NCBI RefSeq assembly: GCF_030684315.1
Contig: NC_081396.1
Location: 2,170,001-2,234,000, forward strand
Length of the DNA stretch: 64,000 bases
Direction of reading: 5' to 3'
Origin: Stegostoma tigrinum
Lineage: Eukaryota
How positions within the stretch are numbered: position 1 is the stretch's first letter; every line of letters starts with the position of its first letter. The translations under genes and the position numbers were made by a program. Positions 59,427-64,000 of this stretch are shown here, one piece after another. Under the pieces are notes generated by a model, which did no database searches, was not told the origin of the DNA, and saw nothing but the letters and a program-made list of their open reading frames with translations.

Positions 59427-59904
59427 CAAGAGTCTCCACTCAATGGATCAGCAGCTCGTGGCGTCACACAGCACACAACTGCTTCCACACAGACAACCGT
59501 CAAAACCCAAAATGAAAGCAAAGTGCCTGGAAAATGAGAATAAAGTTGCGTTAAAAGATGTTTCTGTTACTTTTGAGGAACGACCAAAAATGCAAAAATG
59601 TTTTGCACAATCAAATCAGCCTCATTGAACGCAACGGATAAATGTAACTGAAAAGAGGTAACAGTTCCAGAAACCAGAAAAATCTTCTGATAACAGAATG
59701 ACGCCTCAGTAAAGTAATGTGCTTGTTTTGAGGCCTGACCAAACACGTAGGACTTCAATAAACTCTCACTGGGTTGAAATACGTGAGATACAATAATCTC
59801 ACAGTACAGTTTCTGAAAAAAGCAAGGTCTTTGCAGATTTGAATGGAGACATTTCAACAGTGCAACCACATCTCAAAGTTCACTTCCATGCAAAATTCAC
59901 AAGT

Positions 59905-60184
59905 AGAATCCCTGCAGTGGTGGGACAGGGCTTCAGACGAACAAGTCAACAACTGCCCTCAAACGCTCTCAGCCAGACACATCCCCCTATTCTAGGCATT
60001 CCTGCCCCCATACCACATTGAGTATGGCCATTTCACCTCGCTTAATCATCTCTGGACAGCGGGACGAAATCCATACAGACACACGGTGAAGTGCAAACTC
60101 CACACAGACAGTCGCCCAAGTTGGGACTGAACCCGGATGTGTCATTTTGCGAGACAGTGCTAACCGCTGGGCCACCATACCGCA
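59905..60184 (-). mobile_element. HE1-type V-SINE (copy B)
   Basis: Minus-strand head gcggtatggtggcccagcggttagcactg and V-core. Confidence 0.82.
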
Positions 60185-60185
60185 C

Positions 60186-60257
60186 AGAAAGCATAGGCTT
60201 TGATCCTGCCAACTCACACATACAAAGCAAGCTCTTGCTAATTTGAGCTAATTCCCT
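60186..60257 (-). pseudogene. tRNA-Ala-like pseudogene (copy B)
   Basis: Paralog of 19880-19951. Confidence 0.72.
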
Positions 60258-61166
60258 GAACCTTGCAGCTGATTGCAACTGAGCTGTTTACTTTTACCAA
60301 TCACGTCTAAATCAAATGAATGATTTAACTTTGCAAGTTTGACACAGATTGATGACTGCTGCTGGAAATGATAGTTTGAATTTAAAAAACAAATCCGTTG
60401 CTCAGACTTCGTTCTCTTCATGACGATTGAATAATCTATTGTTCTGTCTCCTGCAGCTCCATTTTTTCATCAACAAATGACACACTTCTCCACCCAGAAG
60501 AATGTGTCCACTAACCAGTGCAAAGAAGTCCCCAACATCCTGCCAAGCCAATTGCTTTGCACACCCTGCACGATCTGTCAGCACCAAGAATCGTGCCCCA
60601 CCAAGGCCCAGCACGATATCCCACTCTTCTCCATTATGTTGTTCAAGAATTGCTCTTCCACATGTTCATATGAAAGAACGTAAGGGAAAAAAAGAGCATG
60701 TGAAATATGAGCAGGAATCGACGCTTCCAGTGTGCCCCATTGAGATTAATTCACTGCGCTGATTACAGCATCTGGCTAAGTTCACTTGGTCCACAGCAGG
60801 GCACGCGGTGATCACGAAATTCAGATCATGAACCTTTTTTTCTGCAAACAGTGTCAGTCTGAGGATATGAAATGGGTGGAATACTCCAATTCGAGTCCAT
60901 CACATAACATAACGCCTGCTGTTTCAACTTCTCCAGTTCCAGACCTGACTAATGCTGACCAATGTTTTTGTTTCTGTTCAAGGTTTTGAGACTGAAACAA
61001 TAAGCTATATCCAACTGTTGTCAACTCCTTGATCACAAGTCTGTTTTATTTGATACACCCTACTGCATTTCCTAGCGTTCATATTGTTTCCCACTCACAC
61101 TTCCACGTGATGAATTGTCTTACCTTCCTTGTTTTCACTTGCTGTGTGCTTGCCGCTACCTTTCAG

Positions 61167-61522
61167 AGATGAGTAATAGAGACTCAATCCCCCAGGCAAA
61201 GCAAAGAGTCCAAGCACAAGCAGATGAAACTTCAGCAATCGTTTGCGGTCACCCTGCATCGAATTCAGCTGCGCTGTATGAAGTGTTCTGGCACGGTCAG
61301 AACCCATAATAAGCATGTCAGTATCAGCTCACAGTCACCCGTTATGGATAGAATAAAAAGATTCCCTGCTTTGAACGTTACAGTCGGAATCTGAATCCGA
61401 CTGTAGGGAATTTTCAACTTCCAGTTGATGATAATTAATTTTCAACTGATTCATTTTCAAATGAATTACTACGCTCTGATATCAACAGTCTATTCGGAAC
61501 ACTCCAATCTCATACAAAAAAA
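61167..61522 (+). pseudogene. TCR alpha/delta-type V pseudogene (copy B)
   Basis: Paralog of 26689-27044; aacagtc (61484-61490), 23 nt, acaaaaaaa. Confidence 0.8.
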
Positions 61523-62591
61523 AACAGAACGCCTGTTAAAATCAACGATGAACTCAAGGAAATGCAAGTCATTGCTTGTTTGACAATCTATGCAGGGAAT
61601 CATAAATACACCTGTACAGAGGGACAAGTGTAGTCACTTCATGCACAGTCATTCAGTAAGTTCATAGTTGACCTGGTCACGTTTTCTACTCACCTAATCG
61701 TTAATATTTTTCTCTCTTGGTTATCAAGGCTCAGGCCACTTCAACAAGAAAAATATGATCTGACTCTGCTTTGACTTACTCTTGGCGAAGAATAACACTA
61801 CAAACACTCACAATTATCCTTAATTTAAAACGAAGAGTCAACAGCATTGCTTATTTCTGGAGCCACATTTAATCCGAACAAGGGAACTTCAGCATCATTA
61901 CATATATGAAGGGTTTTATTTACTATTATTATTTTACACCAATCGATGAACATTTTACTATAGGAAGCTAATTGCTGATGGTTTATAAACTGAATTTACA
62001 TTACACCAGCCGGTCTGCCTGCAGAAAATTACTCTGAGCCCCCTGATCGCCAGTGCACCAAATAACCATGAAACCAGCATCTGCCGTTGAAAACTATATT
62101 GTCTTATGTTGATTTGTTAAAACTTCTTTCTTCATTCACGCTATGGACATTAAGATTATCAATACATTTTTCCAGATCTAAAATCAAATGACACGGATTT
62201 CGTTTACAGTTCCGCAAATTAAAAGATAAAATAATAACATCCGTCTGTGAAACAGAAAAAGCAGATCAGTTGAAAATTATCGTGATTGCTGCTCTCTCCC
62301 CGATGCCCCTTAAAGCATCCCCAATCCCGGCGGACGGAATGACCTTGATACCAGAAACGTTTTTTCCTCAGTCTAAACTTCCGTTCAGATATAGTTAAAA
62401 TACACTGTCACTATTACTGTAAACATATAGCAAAGGAATGTCATACGTAATACCTGTGGTGTTTTGAGACCAGGTCACAGATTGTAAATGCAACCATTAC
62501 TTTTTTCAAAATATCAGCTGATCGCAGCTCAGAGTCACCACGCAGATGTCAAATTTAGAGACTGCAGAACACCCCGTGCACACCTTCTGAT

Positions 62592-62594
62592 TCC

Positions 62595-62633
<39 letters not shown>

Positions 62634-62688
62634 CACGCACATACGGAGAGAGAAAGAGAGAGAAAGGGAGGGAGGGAGAGAGAGAGAT
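62592..62688. repeat. (CT)n ... (GA)n compound microsatellite
   Basis: Seen directly in the sequence. Confidence 0.95.
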
Positions 62689-62937
62689 TGATGCAACTTC
62701 CCACTTGTTGACGTTGATTTGATCAACATCATAATTGTTCAGCGATCTACTTTTCTGCTGAGCCAGAGGATTGGCTGCACGACAGAGCGAGACAACCGGG
62801 AACAATGGGAGAATGTCTCAAACCGTTCCTTGGCATTGTTTCTATTCTCACTTAATATCTCATTTTCGAAAAAGTTTATTTTTCACTTAAAATTTGTTGC
62901 TAAGATAACAGTAACGGTGACGATAATGTTGACAAAT

Positions 62938-63323
62938 ATGAGGCTGATGTTGGCTGTTACTTCTTTCTTACTGTATTTTATGCTCGATTGGAGACAGCAG
63001 GACCCAGTGGAACAACCATTTGTTGAAATTACTGTTGAGGAAGCAAAACAAAAGTCACACTAAATTGTATTTTGAATTTAAACACGAATGCATACTGGTA
63101 CATTCAACGTCCCAGGCAGCCTCCACAGTTACCGTTGAGGCCTTTTGAGAGCAGTGTGTTCACAGACAACTGCCTTAGAGATCTACTTCCTTCTTTGCTT
63201 TATAAAACTGACAAGATCACCGAACTAACAATCAGCATAATTTCCTTCTCCGAAAGTGTCATGTATCACTGTGCCCTGCAACCTACACAAATGCAGACAT
63301 ATCACGGATTCCACACAAGAGCC
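62938..63323 (+). pseudogene. TCR alpha/delta-type V pseudogene (copy B)
   Basis: Paralog of 28516-28900; +2 frameshift in the A-run before VTLNC; AYWYIQRP..SESVMYHCALQP. Confidence 0.85.
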
Positions 63324-64000
63324 TACCGTGAGAGTGTCCATTAGTGTTCATTGGAGGGCGCCCTCACATCAACAAAGAGAATTCACTCTGAACAATGAGA
63401 CAACAATAAAACTTGTTAACAGGTTATGATGCACATAACGCTGAAGAAGAGCAGCCGAGCCTCGCCTGCATAATTAGTCACAGTTAATTCTGTTCATACT
63501 ACCAATTTGCTTTGTAAGTCGTCTTATGATATTTACTGCTATTCGATTCCAATCCTTCTCCAATTCAATCTATCAATCTTCTCTCCGTGCTGCGCACAAA
63601 ATTGTAAAATCTTCCAGGTGAGTGGAGAGTCCTCTCATACTTTTATGAGCTCTGTGCTGCAGACGGTGACAGGCTTCAAGAAGACAAGATGTGAGTTACT
63701 TGCTAATTCCTCTGTTTTGAACTGCTGGTGTAATCACACTTATGTGGCTGCTCCAGTGTCTATGCAAAGCCAACCCCCAGGATGTAGAAAGGGCTCTTTC
63801 AGAGAGGCAGTGGTGTTGCTATTCAGCAAGAATAGTTGGGCTGTCTTTTGTTGAAGACGGTAATGTAAACGTTGCTTCAAACTATTCGAGGCGGGTTTGA
63901 ATAGTATTCAGGCCTTGCTGCATTTGCACACAATATCTGCTAAATATGTACAAACATCATCAAACAGGCGGACTTCTTAGAACCCAGGTCATAACAACAT

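Larger units (their letters stand above)
38893..64000 (+). repeat. Segmental duplication, copy B (runs off the window end)
   Basis: Colinear direct repeat of 1-29578. It lacks the Penelope insertion and retains two segments deleted in A (43590-44290 and 46253-47575). Confidence 0.97.

Noticed and set aside
12-63854. Most short ORFs in the six-frame track
   Set aside because: They are antisense or off-frame readings of LINE, SINE, ERV and PLE relics, or chance ORFs (many start at TTG/GTG), with no splice or domain support.

Overview
Eukaryotic (vertebrate) genomic DNA. The repeat content (HE1-type V-SINEs, CR1/HER1 LINEs, shark-type Penelope elements) and the gene families point to a cartilaginous fish, probably a carpet/bamboo shark; this is inference. 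The window lies in a T-cell-receptor alpha/delta-type V-segment array built by tandem segmental duplication. Copy A (1-~29578) is repeated as copy B (38893-64000), roughly 90-96% identical by eye, with a period of ~38.9 kb. Each unit carries a decayed class I (gamma/epsilon-like) endogenous retrovirus on the minus strand with a tRNA-Ser PBS and an RT segment in the opposite orientation, a two-exon GPR139/142-like 7TM gene (intact in B, disrupted in A), several V pseudogenes with 23-type RSS remnants, and LINE/SINE relics. One intact V gene with leader, intron and 23-RSS lies at 31417-31891. Copy A alone has a 5.8-kb, TSD-flanked, largely palindromic Penelope-like insertion with three hammerhead-ribozyme cores. 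Three N gaps fall at GA/CT microsatellites. The most notable feature is an orphan GPCR co-amplified inside a rearranging antigen-receptor V array. Identities and family assignments were made by eye; no searches were run.
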